A stretch of 64,000 bases of DNA from Psilocybe cubensis (Eukaryota). Each line of letters starts with the position of its first letter. Within the stretch, counting starts at the first letter, position 1. A model generated the notes under the pieces. The model made no database searches, was not told the DNA's origin, and saw nothing but the letters and a program-made list of their open reading frames with translations. The stretch lies in the NCBI GenBank assembly GCA_017499595.2, contig CM038998.1, positions 3,968,001 to 4,032,000 on the forward strand, in the 5' to 3' direction. A program made the position numbers and the translations under genes. Positions 53,190-64,000 of this stretch are shown here, piece by piece.

Positions 53190-56100
53190 TCACTCCCACG
53201 AACTAACAACATCCCCAGCCAACGCACTCGTAAAGCTCGACCGCGCGCTATAATACTCCCCCGAAAAACTCGAGTCGGAAAAGTACACATCGTTCGAGCT
53301 GCTGACCACGCTGAGCACCGAGTCGCGCTGGGCATGGACAGCGCGGAACGACGTCGGCGAGGGCGAGGGCGAGGGCGACGGGGATGGGGATAGCGCTGGC
53401 AGAGTCTGCGGCGCAGTCATAGTCGTAGTTGTAGTCGTAGTTGTAGTTGTAGTGTTTGTAGTCATTGGCTGCTGCTGCTGCTGAGAAGATACCAAAACCA
53501 CCTTCGACAATCCCGAAACCGGAGAGAGCGCCGTGGGCGTAACCTCCGCAGACGACACAGACGCAGCCGACGAAGTCGACCGCATCCTGTGTAGATTGCC
53601 TGTCCCACTACCACTACCACTAGCACTAGCACGAGCACTAGCACGAGCACTAGCAGCCGCAGACGACGAGGTGTCGATCCGCAACGTCGCGGTCGAGTTC
53701 AGCCTGCGCGCGCGCGAGACCGGCGCAGCCAGCATCGTCGTTCTCGCCGTCCTCGCCGTCATTGTGGTGTTTATGTTTAGAGAATCGCCGAAGACCTCCA
53801 CACTGCGCAACACTGCATTTTTAGGCGGCGGCTCGTCGACGCCTGGTAACACACCGCACGACTTGGTATGTCTCAATCCACCAGCACCAGCACCACCACC
53901 TCCTGCTACTCCTGCAGCAGCACCACCACCACCACCCGCAATCCCAAGCCCAAGCCCCATAATCGACGGCGTCCGCAAAATCATCGCATTAAACTTCTCC
54001 AGGTCCTTCTCGAGCTTATGCAGGCTTTCCAGGTTCATCGTCATCGTCATCGCCCCATTCACACTCAAATTCAAATTCGAATTCAAATTGTGCACATTCC
54101 GCTCTCTCGGTGCAGTGCCGATGGACGAGTTGTCATCGTCCTCGTCATCGTCCTCGTCGTCGTTGTCGTCGTTGGGTTTGAGGAGAGAGACGGATACGGC
54201 GCTGCTGGTGTTGATCCCGCTCCCGACGGATACGACGCGCGGGACGCAGATCTCCGCCGCTGCTGCTGCCGCGTTGTTGTTGTGCCCTCCTTTTCGACTA
54301 GCACTAGTGTCACCTATGGCACCTGCACCTGCACCTGCAGCAGCAGAAGCAGTAGAAGTCGAGGACATCGCGATCGCGGTTACAGATACACCAGGAGCTT
54401 GCGTCGCCGCCTCCGCAGCAGCAGCAGCGGCGGCGGCGGCTTTGATGAACGACTTTTTGTTTCCTAGGCCAGGAAGCAGCAGCGTCCAGTCCTGCACGCC
54501 CGATCCACCAGGAACAGGAGCAGCAGCAGCAGCAGCGTCGGATGTGTTCTTGACGCGAAGCGCCGACTCTGACTTTGTCCTCATACGCTCTACACCACCA
54601 CCACCCGCATTTCCACCCACACATCCACCTCTCCCCATGGCCGTCGGCACACTCAACATCCTCCCCGCCCCCGCTGCGGCTCTACCCATACCCACACCCA
54701 CACTCCTCCCCTTCTTCTTCACCTTCTTCTCCCCACCCTCCTCCACATCCAACACATCCTCATCACTCGCGCCTAACAAAAGCGTCCACTCGCCCACACC
54801 GTCCTCTCCGACCCGCTTCGGTGTCCCGCGCCGCACGATCTGTCTGCCGACGCCTATCAGCGGCACAGGCGCGGGGGCGGGGGTGGGGGTGGGGGTAGGT
54901 AGTGGAAGATGATGAGAAGGATAAGGAGGAAGAGAGATTTTGTGTGTCCCGGTGACACTCGTCCTGTCTTGGTTTACATTCAAAGTCGCGTTGGCATTCG
55001 CGTTGGCGTTGACGTTGGCGTTGGAGAGTGTATTAGCCGCCAAAACGCGCACACCATCCTCCTGCCCCTGCCCCTGCTCCTCTACCACCCCCTGCTCCTG
55101 CTCCATCCCCTGCTGACCCTCCTCCTCCTCCTCCTCATCATCATCATCCCGCGCCCAAAAAGACGACCCATCCGAAATAGACGCTTCCCTCTCCCTCTCA
55201 GTCGTTTTCGACACGACCGTCCTTTCCCCCCCAACACCAACACCCCCACCAACACCACCACCAGCAACAGCACCCGCGCCAACCGCAACACCCGCACGCG
55301 CAACCGAGCTGGACGAAAGCGACGCCGAGCGCGCGCGCGAGGCCCACATCGCCATCGCCATCGACGCCGACATCGACGCCGACATTGACATGTACGCAGA
55401 GGACGACGACGACGACGAGTTGGCGGAAACGACGGAAGCGCGGGAAGCAGAGGCGGAAGCGAACGACGCCGACGCGGAGGACGAGGACAAGGGCAGCGAG
55501 AGCGAGAGCGACGAGCGCGCTGTCAATGCTACTGGGAATCCGGTGCTCGATACCGTCGACGCGCTATTTCTCCGCTGTGCCTGCGTCTGAGTATGTGGTT
55601 GACTCTGCGTCTGCGTCTGATTCAAATTCACATTGGAAGCCACCAACGAAGGCGAAAGCGACGTGCGTCTCTGCTCCCTCTGCTGTTCCCGCTGCTGCTG
55701 TTGATGCAAAAGAGGCGGCGGCAAAGGCAACGGCCCCATAGGCGGCGGCGACAGCGGCACAGCGGCATGTACGGCCATACTCTGTCTCGAGCGGGTTTTG
55801 ACTCGTTTCAGCGAGTGCGCTTTTGCTTGCGTTTGTGTGGATGTTTGTGCTTGTGCGTGTGCGTGTGTGGAGGTTTGTGGTGAGGTTTGGGTTTGTGGTG
55901 AGGATGGCGGGGACGCTGTACAGGCGTTTGCTTGTTGGTGTGATTGTGATTGAGATTGAGATTGAGTTTGTGGTTGAGTTTGGTGTTGGACAGACGGAGC
56001 ACCCGAGGGATCTAAAGCTAGGGCAGGGCTAGCCGTAGCCGTAGCCGTAGAGGTACGCGCCGCAAAGAAATGCTGCTGTTGCTGTACCGTCGGCGACGCA

Positions 56101-59100
56101 GACGCAGGTGGAATCGCGAACGCAATAGGCCGCGACACCCCTATCTGCCTAGCCTGCTAGAGAAGTAGGAAAAAAAAATATAATGTCAGCTTTTGAATCT
56201 ACTTCTTCTTGATAGAGATGATGATGAAAGAGGTGGAATGGAAGTAGGATAAAGTAGAAATGGAACGAGAGAGAGAGAAAACGAAGAGAGAGAAAGAAAG
56301 GAAAAGAAGGAAAGACTAACTTTCACAACAGCCTCAGATTCATCCTCCAAACTCAACCTCACGCGCCTTACTCCATCCCTGTGCCCATCTCCATCCCCGT
56401 GCCCATGCCCACCTCTACCTCTATCCAATTTCCTCTCTCCTCCACCCACTCGACCACCCACCACACCCACCTCCCCCTCCTCCTCCTCATCTTGGTCGTC
56501 GCCTACACAATCTTTCCCCTGCACAGCACGCGAGCTCCGTCCATCCGCATCCGTAATAACGAACAATGGCGTACACGGTGTAACAGGCGCCCCGCTCTCT
56601 GTGCTTGATACGGAGAGAGAGCGTGAGAATCTTGGTGGGAGCTGCTGCTGCTGGTGCGGCTGGTGGTGGTGATGCGGCTGGTGGTGGTGATGCGGCTGGT
56701 GGTGGTACTGTTGTTGGAGTGGAAGAGCAGTTGGACTTGTAGGCGAAAGCCACGGCGAAGGCGAAAGCGGTGGCGAAGGAAGGATAGGGGACGATGGCGC
56801 TGCTGCTGCTGTTGATAACAGTGGCAATGGTAGTGGTAGAGGCACGTTTGCGCGTCTTCGCCGTGAGGACGCCGACACCGATGCGGACGCTGGTGATGGT
56901 ACTGGTGATGGCGACAAAGACGAACGCGTCGACTTCACCGACATCGACATGGACGCCCTCTTCATATCCCGCGCCTGCACCTGCGCGCGCTCGCGCTCGT
57001 GCTGGATAACGAGCGGGACGTACGGCGTGAACGTGTTCGCGTTTGCATTTGAGTTTGACATCCCGCCTTCTTCGATTTGTTCCACAGAGCCAGCGCCTAG
57101 ATCTTCATACTCCCCACCTCCACCTCCACCCGAAGGCGAAGGCGAAGAAGATACCCCAAACTCGGCTCCAAATTCCCTCGCCGCATCCTTCCTAGCGCGG
57201 AGCGCAACAAAATACGAGCACGACGAGCCGATGAGGGAGTGTGCGTCGTCGAGCTCCTCCTCGTCTCCTTCATGTTCGTGTTCGCGTTGGTATTCTTGTC
57301 GGTGATGGTGTGCACTGTCCTCCTCTGCCTCGCCATTTACACCCCCACCCACACCGACAACCTCATCCATTCTCACAGCACTCTCACACGAATACACCGA
57401 CGGCGACTCGTCCCCCTCCCACTCTCCCTCTCGCTCCCCATCCCCCTCCCACTCTCCCTCTCGCCCCCGCTCCAGCCCCGGCTCATCAGAGACATTCGAC
57501 CCCGACCCCGACTCGTACCCGCGCCCATCATACTCATAATCCCTCTCATACGGCGCATACCCATTTTTGACGTTTTTGAAGGTTTTGAAGCCGAAGATGG
57601 CGCCGTCGAGTGCGCGTGGGGGGAGCGTTGTCGTTGTCTTTGTCGTTGTCTTTGGTGTTGTAGTGGTGGTGGGTGTGGTGGTAGTAGTAGTAGTAAAAGT
57701 AGTGGTTGGATGTTGTTGGTGCTGTTGATGCGAGAGCGAGAACGGAGAGCCAATATCGATAACCGCGTCCGCGCGTGGAGCGTATTTGCCTCCGCCTCCG
57801 CCTCCGCGTGCGTGTGCGTGTGCATTTTCACGTGCGCTTGCACCTGCACTTGGATTTGTATCTCCATATCCATCTCTTCCACCTCCTCCATCCCTTTCTC
57901 TTCCTCTTCCTTCATCCCCTTTCTCCTCACGATCCTCTATACCACCCCCACCCCCACCGCACCCACCCCTACCCCGCCCCTTACTCCTCCTCCTACTGCG
58001 CAACATCCCACCTCTCGAAGTCGACATTGACACGTCCGACGCTGAAGCTGAATTTTCATGTGCATGGGTAGGAAACGGGATCGGTGATATGTCTTTCTGT
58101 TCTTGTTCTTGTTCTTGACCACGCGTTGGTGCTGGTGTTGAGGATATTGCGGCCGTCGACGCTGAAGCAGGCCCAGACCTGGTCCCAGTCCCAGTCCCGG
58201 ATGTCAGCGCTGTAGATACCACCGGCAAATGCGAAGCCAAAGCCAAAGCAAAATCCGGCGAAGGCAAAGACAACGCAAAAGACGGCGAAGAAGGCGAAAC
58301 CGAAACCGAAGGAGAAGCGGGAAGCTCGAACTGATACTCGAACGCCGTGTCGTGTTTATACTCCAGCGCGAGTTCGAGCTCGAGCTCCTGCTCCTGCTCT
58401 TGTCCATCCTCCTCCTGTTCCTGTTCCTGTCCATCCGCAACCTTCTGTTCATCCTTACACACACGCACGCTCGAGGCAGACCCAGACCCAGACTTAAATC
58501 CAACCCCCGCCCCCGAGCCTCCTCCCATCACCACCAATCCCGCAGCCTGACCCAATCCCGCCTGACCACCACCACCACCAGCAGCAGAAAGGTTAAGGGT
58601 ACCCCTCGAAAGCTGCTTTTTGATGCGCGCGAAGAGCGCTAGCGATTTCGCTGCCGCTGTGTTGGGCGAGTTGGGCGAGAGCGGCGACACAGGCGATGAA
58701 GGTGAGAGTGGTGATAATGGTGATAATGGGGCGTTGGATGTTAGAGGCGTGCTAGGTGAGAGAGGCGTGTTAGAGTTGGCGCTGGAATTGGCACTGGCAC
58801 TGGCGTAAGACTTTAACGGCGAAGGGATCTTGAGATTCAGATTCAACTTTGACGACGCTTTGTGTACGGTTGGGACAGATCGTTCATCCGTCTTTTCATT
58901 CGCCTTTTCTGTTGTCTTTTCTGTTTCCGTTGCCATTACCTTGTCGGCTTTCTTCGTCTTTGACTTTGTTTTTGTCTTTCCCGTTTTCTTTCCTTTCGTT
59001 TTTCCTTTTGTGTGTTTAGTTGACGAAGACGAAGGCGACGGCGACGGCGAAGCGGACGCAGAGCCAAACCCAGACCCAGACCCAGACCCAGAAGACGAAG

Positions 59101-60976
59101 AGGAAGGGGACGGGTACGCGGCAACAGCCAACGGAGTAGGCGTAGGCACGCGCGCTCTGGCTCGTGGGGGCGTTAGCATCGTCGTCGACATCGTCGAGAT
59201 GGAGGTAGACGGAGATGAGGATGAGGACGGTAACGGTAACGGTGGCGCGGACACCCGACCAGATACAGATGCAGGTACGCGCAGCGTATCGCGGGGCGGC
59301 TCAGCGCGCGTGCCCGTGCGCGTGCGCTCCCTCTCCTTCCCTTGTTCCTTCGACCTCTCCCTCTCCCTCTCTCTTTCCTTATCCTTATCCCTCTCCCTCT
59401 CCCTCTCCTTATCCCTCGACCTATCCCTCACCCCAACCCCCACCCCAGCCCTCTCACGACTCCTCGACACCCCCCGCTCCCTACTCCCCCCGACACACCC
59501 GCTCACACCCTCGAACCCGAACCCAAACTCGAACTCTAGACATCCGCCCTGCGCCCCGTCCCTGTCCCTGTCTCCGAGTCCGACTCCGGTGTTTACACCC
59601 GGTGTGATGGGCAGCGGTGCGTTCGCTAGTAGACGGGGTGATGGAGGAGGTGGTGGTGGTGGGGGGGCGTATAAGAGCGGCATGGTATCGCCGCTGTCGT
59701 TGTTATTATAATTGTTGTGGTTGTGGTTGTGGTTGTGATTAGAATGATCTTGAAATTTATTTTTATTTTTATTTCTATTATCGTCGTCGTCGTTGTTGTT
59801 GTTGTTGGCGCTGGTGTTGGGGTTGGTGGGTTGAATATGAATAGCGCGAGCGGCGCCGAGAGGGATGTATTCTGGGATAGGAGGCGGTGGGGGGATAGGA
59901 ATTTGGTGCGATAGTGCGAATTTGACGCGGGGCTCGGGTGTGGGTGCGGGTGCGTCGGTGTTGTTTGTGTTTGAGGATGGGGGAGTGATGAGCACGGTGG
60001 GCGTTGGCGTTGGCGTCTTCGCTGCTGCTGGGGTTGTGCGGGGAAGGTGGGAGGCAGACCGAGTTAGTTGCGCGTCATGAGCCTGGGTTGTCGTGTCAGT
60101 TTGTGGTTGTGATTAATATTGATGTTGATGTTGATATTAAATTTTGATATGCGTATGCGTATTAGAAGCGGATGGGTGGGTGGGTGGGTGGAAATACGCA
60201 ATGCAAACGACAATGAAAACGACAACGACACCGACACAGAAGACACAAAGAAAACAGAAAACAAAGAAACAAGACAGAGACAGAGAAGAAAAAAAGAAGA
60301 GAAGCGCGTACGTATACAGTGCGGTGCGGTGAATAACAAATCAAACCAAATCAAAAAAAGAAAAAGGAAAAAAGGGACGAACATTTTCGTTAACGTTGAC
60401 GTTCAAGTTGCGCCGGCCGCTTGGTGCTGGGTCTGGGTCTGGGTCGCTTTCGCTTTCGCCGCCTTCCTCTTCGTCTTCGTGATCCTGGATCCACGGCAGA
60501 GTCAACTTGGCCAAGCGTACGCGTGGCGACGCCTTCGACATCGATATCTTCGGGATCATGATCATTGTATAAATTAATTCAATTTAAATTTAATTTAGAT
60601 TTAATTTAGTTTAATTTACCCGATGTGATGGGGACGGTGTGCTCACCTTGGATGTTTCTGAGTCTGCGTTGAGTTTGTGATCCCAGCGCGCATCCGAATA
60701 TTGCGCGTCGTTGGGACTGGATGTGGATTTGGATAGCGCCGGCCGCGCTCTGGACCCTGAACGTGAACTTGACCATGCGCTTGCGCTAGGAGTAGCGCTC
60801 GGACTAGGAGCAGGACTAGGACAGCTCCGATGGGGATGGGGATGAGGATGGGGATCAAGCGCGGCGGACACGAGGTCCGCGAACTCTTCTAGCGTGAACG
60901 GGGATGACACCGACACCGACAGAGGCCCTGACGCTGGTGCTGGCTCAGGCGCTGGTGCTCGCGCTGGTGACCACAT
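53190..60976 (-). CDS. Very large low-complexity, probably disordered protein of unknown function (about four exons, roughly 2,400 aa)
   Basis: Stop-free frames of 982 and 1269 codons separated by a pyrimidine-rich intron-like gap (about 56150-56320). Upstream exons at about 60385-60550 and 60647-60976 (MWSPARAP...SETSK|GTGAG). No recognisable domain; the 5' structure is tentative. Confidence 0.62.
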
Positions 60977-61639
60977 TATGCTGTTATTCCAGTGGGTGTT
61001 GCGTAACTTTTTTTTCTGCTTCTTCGTTTTTTTTTCTGCTGCTTCTTCTTCGTTGCTTCTTCGTTTTTTTTTTTTTTTGGATGGAATTCTGGAAATTAGG
61101 TGATGATTCAGATCAGAATCAGGATGCTGTAAGGACAGGGCCAAGGCTAAAGGATGTGAGTAACCGTAAACCGTAACGTTGAATTCAACGCTCACTGTAC
61201 TGTACTTACAGGATAAGGCCGAAGCGGTGAGCAACCGTAACCGTTACGTTGAATTCAGCGTTCACGTTCAGCGTTCAGCGGCAGCCAGGGGTTGGAATTT
61301 AGTTAACGAACGGCTTTGGCCTTTGTTCTTTCCTTTGGCCTTCCTTTGGATTTTGGCGTCGGTATCAGCGTAGGCGCAGGTTTGAGAAAGACTGTAACTG
61401 TAGAGACAGCGGTTAGGTGGAGGGAGAGCTCGCTACTCAAATAATAGGAGAGAGTTCAGACTCTCTCCTCAAATAATGAAAGAGTTCAGAGAGTAGGAAA
61501 GAGAGCGTGCAGAGATTAGGAAGGAGGAAAGGGGGAGGAAGAGAGAGAGACTCGAGGAACGAGTATCTACGCGCACCGAGCATCGAGCATGCCTACTTCC
61601 TACTTCCTGCCTAGCTCTACAATTACATGCATCTACATC

Positions 61640-62980
61640 TCCACCTGCATCGACATCTGCATTCTCCACCTGTATCGACATCGACATCTACATTCTCCAC
61701 CTGCATCGACATCGACATCGACATCTGCATACAAGCATACAAGCATACAAGCATACACATTCACTGACTTGTCACCTACACTTACACTTACACATGCACA
61801 CGCCGCCCAAATTCGAATCTTCAATGTATGGTACATTGCTAGCCAGGTAGCAAGGTAGCGAGCAGCTAAGTATGGAAATCCGCATTCCCATTCCCTTTCC
61901 TGTTCCCGTTCCTCTGAGACTTCGGACGGCAGACTGTGGCAGACTTCGGACTGCAGAGCTCCAGCCTGCAGAGCGCCAGATTGCAGAGCGCCAGAGCTCC
62001 TGCTCCTCACTCGTCAGATTTTTTCAAGTTGACGGTGGCTGATACTACAGAGGCAGAGACAGGCAGAGACAGATGCATGGTATGACATTGCATTGCATTG
62101 CATGGCATGATCGCGAATCGTGAATCCCTCCGTGACTCCGATGGTCCGTGGTCGTAGTGGTCCGTGGATGTCCATGCACGTTCGGTAGGTTCTTGATGAA
62201 GGAAAGAAGGAAAGAAGGAAGGATACTTGCTAGTTACGCTGGGATAGTAGGAGACGGGATAGGAGTTTCCCTTTCCCTTTCATTTCCTTAATCTTTTCCT
62301 TTACCTGACTCGCCGTATGGCGTTGGCGCTGGCATTGGCGCTGGCATTGGCATTGGTATTGGCGCGCCACTTCATACGCATGCGCGTGCACATACGCAGC
62401 ATCGTCTCGTTTCGCGTTTCGCGTTTCGCGTTTCTAATTTCTCGATTTTAATTTCTAATTCATGCGTTTACGCGTTCGCGTTTCTCGTTTTTAATTTCTC
62501 GATTTTAATTTCTAATTTCCCGTTCACGCGTTTCTCTCGTTCTCGTCCGCGCGCTATGTTAATGTGTAAATGTGTAAATGTGTTAATGTAGCTCACCATC
62601 TCGACGACGCGACGACGCGACATTACACCCAACATCCAACATCCAACATCTAGCATCTAACATCTAACATCTAACATCTAACATCCCATCAACGCTTGAC
62701 TTCATCACGACCACACTGAGCCTTTGCTTACACCTTTTTGCTTGGCAACAAGTACGAAGTATGAAGTACGAAGAGCGAAGTACGAGAAACGAAGAACGAA
62801 GAACGAAGAACGGAAAAGAAGTATGAAGTATGAAGTATGATTATGACAGGAATTGATTGATTAGATGAGTTAATTTCAATTAAACTGCTCAGCTGTCATT
62901 GACGCGACTCGCGACTCGCGAGACTGAGAACTGAGAAGAGGAGAGGAGAGGATACGAAAGGAAAGGAGAGGAGAACAGAT
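61640..62980. repeat. Non-coding field of mixed short tandem repeats
   Basis: (CATCGA)n, (GCATACAA)3, (CATTG)3, (GGAAAGAA)n, (TTTCGCG)n, (AACATCT/AACATCC)n, (GAAGTAT)n, (GAAGAAC)n. Confidence 0.8.
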
Positions 62981-63469
62981 TTTTTTCTCCACTCCAGGCT
63001 TACGGTTGGCGGGTGACTTCAGGTCTGTATATGGAAGGCAAACGCTAATGTCCGAGGGGTGTTAGTGGGAGTTGGCACCGCTTCGCAGAACGAAATGAAG
63101 ATATCTGCAATGTGTGACAGTGTGCCACTGAGGTGACCCCATGGCCATCGCCGTTATGTTGCCATTGCATGGGGTTTCAGTATCTTCATCTTTCCCCCAC
63201 AATGTCCAATGATCCATGTTGGATCCATGCCAACTTTGCACAATCATATGACCGGTTACTCTCCAGAGTTTTATGACATAATCCCGGGACCAACACCAGC
63301 ATTGACTTGCAAAATACGTCATTTCACTGCATATCATCCAAACGGCCTATAGGGACCAAGGCGCATTAACCTCAGTGTTGCTTTTTTGTGGTAGTCAGAA
63401 CGTTATACATTATTTAATATTCATCGACTGTCAGTTTACTATAGATTATCCCAATCTATTAGGTTATCT

Positions 63470-63782
63470 AGGTTTGTTGTCATCCAACCGGGTATTGTGT
63501 GTGACGGATCCTCTACAAACTCCAAATGGCATGATGTGACATGTCCGCGTCATGTTGTCAGATATGTTTGTTTATGCATTCACGTTCAGCCCAATCTTCT
63601 CGAATCTCTCCGTCGTCGCTGCTGGGGTGGTTCCCCTCGTGAACAACACCCTCATATTCTTTGCGATATCTTGGAGCTTAGCAAAAAACTCTCTGCACCA
63701 TCTGAATTTCCAAGTTGGGTTCCGGGTCATTGTGTTTGGTGACTACATGCCAGTGTTCTCGAGGTCGTTGCTGCAGGCCTAG
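63470..63782 (+). pseudogene. Possible fragment of an agaric-type multi-pass membrane protein gene
   Basis: PLVNNTLIFFAISWSL...FRVIVFGDYMPVFSRSLLQA* resembles, from memory, the DTLVFLAISW...GDYLPAFSxxLLQDG segment of hypothetical agaric membrane proteins, but stops early. No coherent 5' exons found. Confidence 0.4.
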
Positions 63783-64000
63783 GACGCTCTCCCTCCCCTC
63801 CTCTGACCAATTTTCTCCTTTAGGCTGTGGCCAACTTTCGACGTGTCTTGTAGATTTGTCACAACCCAAACTAGGTCAGCTGGTTTAATTTTCTGCGAGT
63901 TGTGACTGACACCTATACAACTATGCAAGACGCGGATACAAGGCTGCTTGAATTGGAATGGGCGTTGGATGGGATTACGGATGGGATAGAACGATAGAGA

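Noticed and set aside
53533-59711. Plus-strand ORFs of 459, 263 and 293 aa within the low-complexity gene
   Set aside because: Expected from GC-rich 3/6-nt repeats lacking stops. The minus strand has far longer frames and splice signals.
61640-62980. CRISPR-like, telomeric or RNA-gene interpretation of the repeats
   Set aside because: Heterogeneous simple repeats with no repeat-spacer period, no TTAGGG array and no tRNA/rRNA signature; eukaryotic context.

Overview
Eukaryotic, intron-rich fungal DNA (short GT-AG introns), most likely an agaric basidiomycete. The gene content suggests this, but the species cannot be established from sequence alone. The left part (1-28.3 kb) is largely ordinary: an atypical kinase-like gene, VPS4, an FKBP12 gene the ORF track misses, an allantoate-permease-type MFS transporter, a PPR1/UaY-like Zn2Cys6 regulator divergent from a DHA2-type MFS transporter, proline dehydrogenase and BCP1. 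The centre (28.4-53.5 kb) is a recently triplicated segment holding five full-length fungal-type protein kinase (FunK1/Pkinase_fungal) genes plus relics. Their 5' halves come in two types (A, B) and their 3' halves in three (X, Y, Z), combined as A-X, B-Y, A-Y, B-Z, A-Z. The segment also holds an NmrA/EasG-like reductase, a TIR element with a nested fold-back mini-element, and a captured 3' fragment of the neighbouring gene. The right end is a roughly 2,400-codon, microsatellite-built low-complexity gene in a slippage-rich region. Exon boundaries were read by eye and are approximate.
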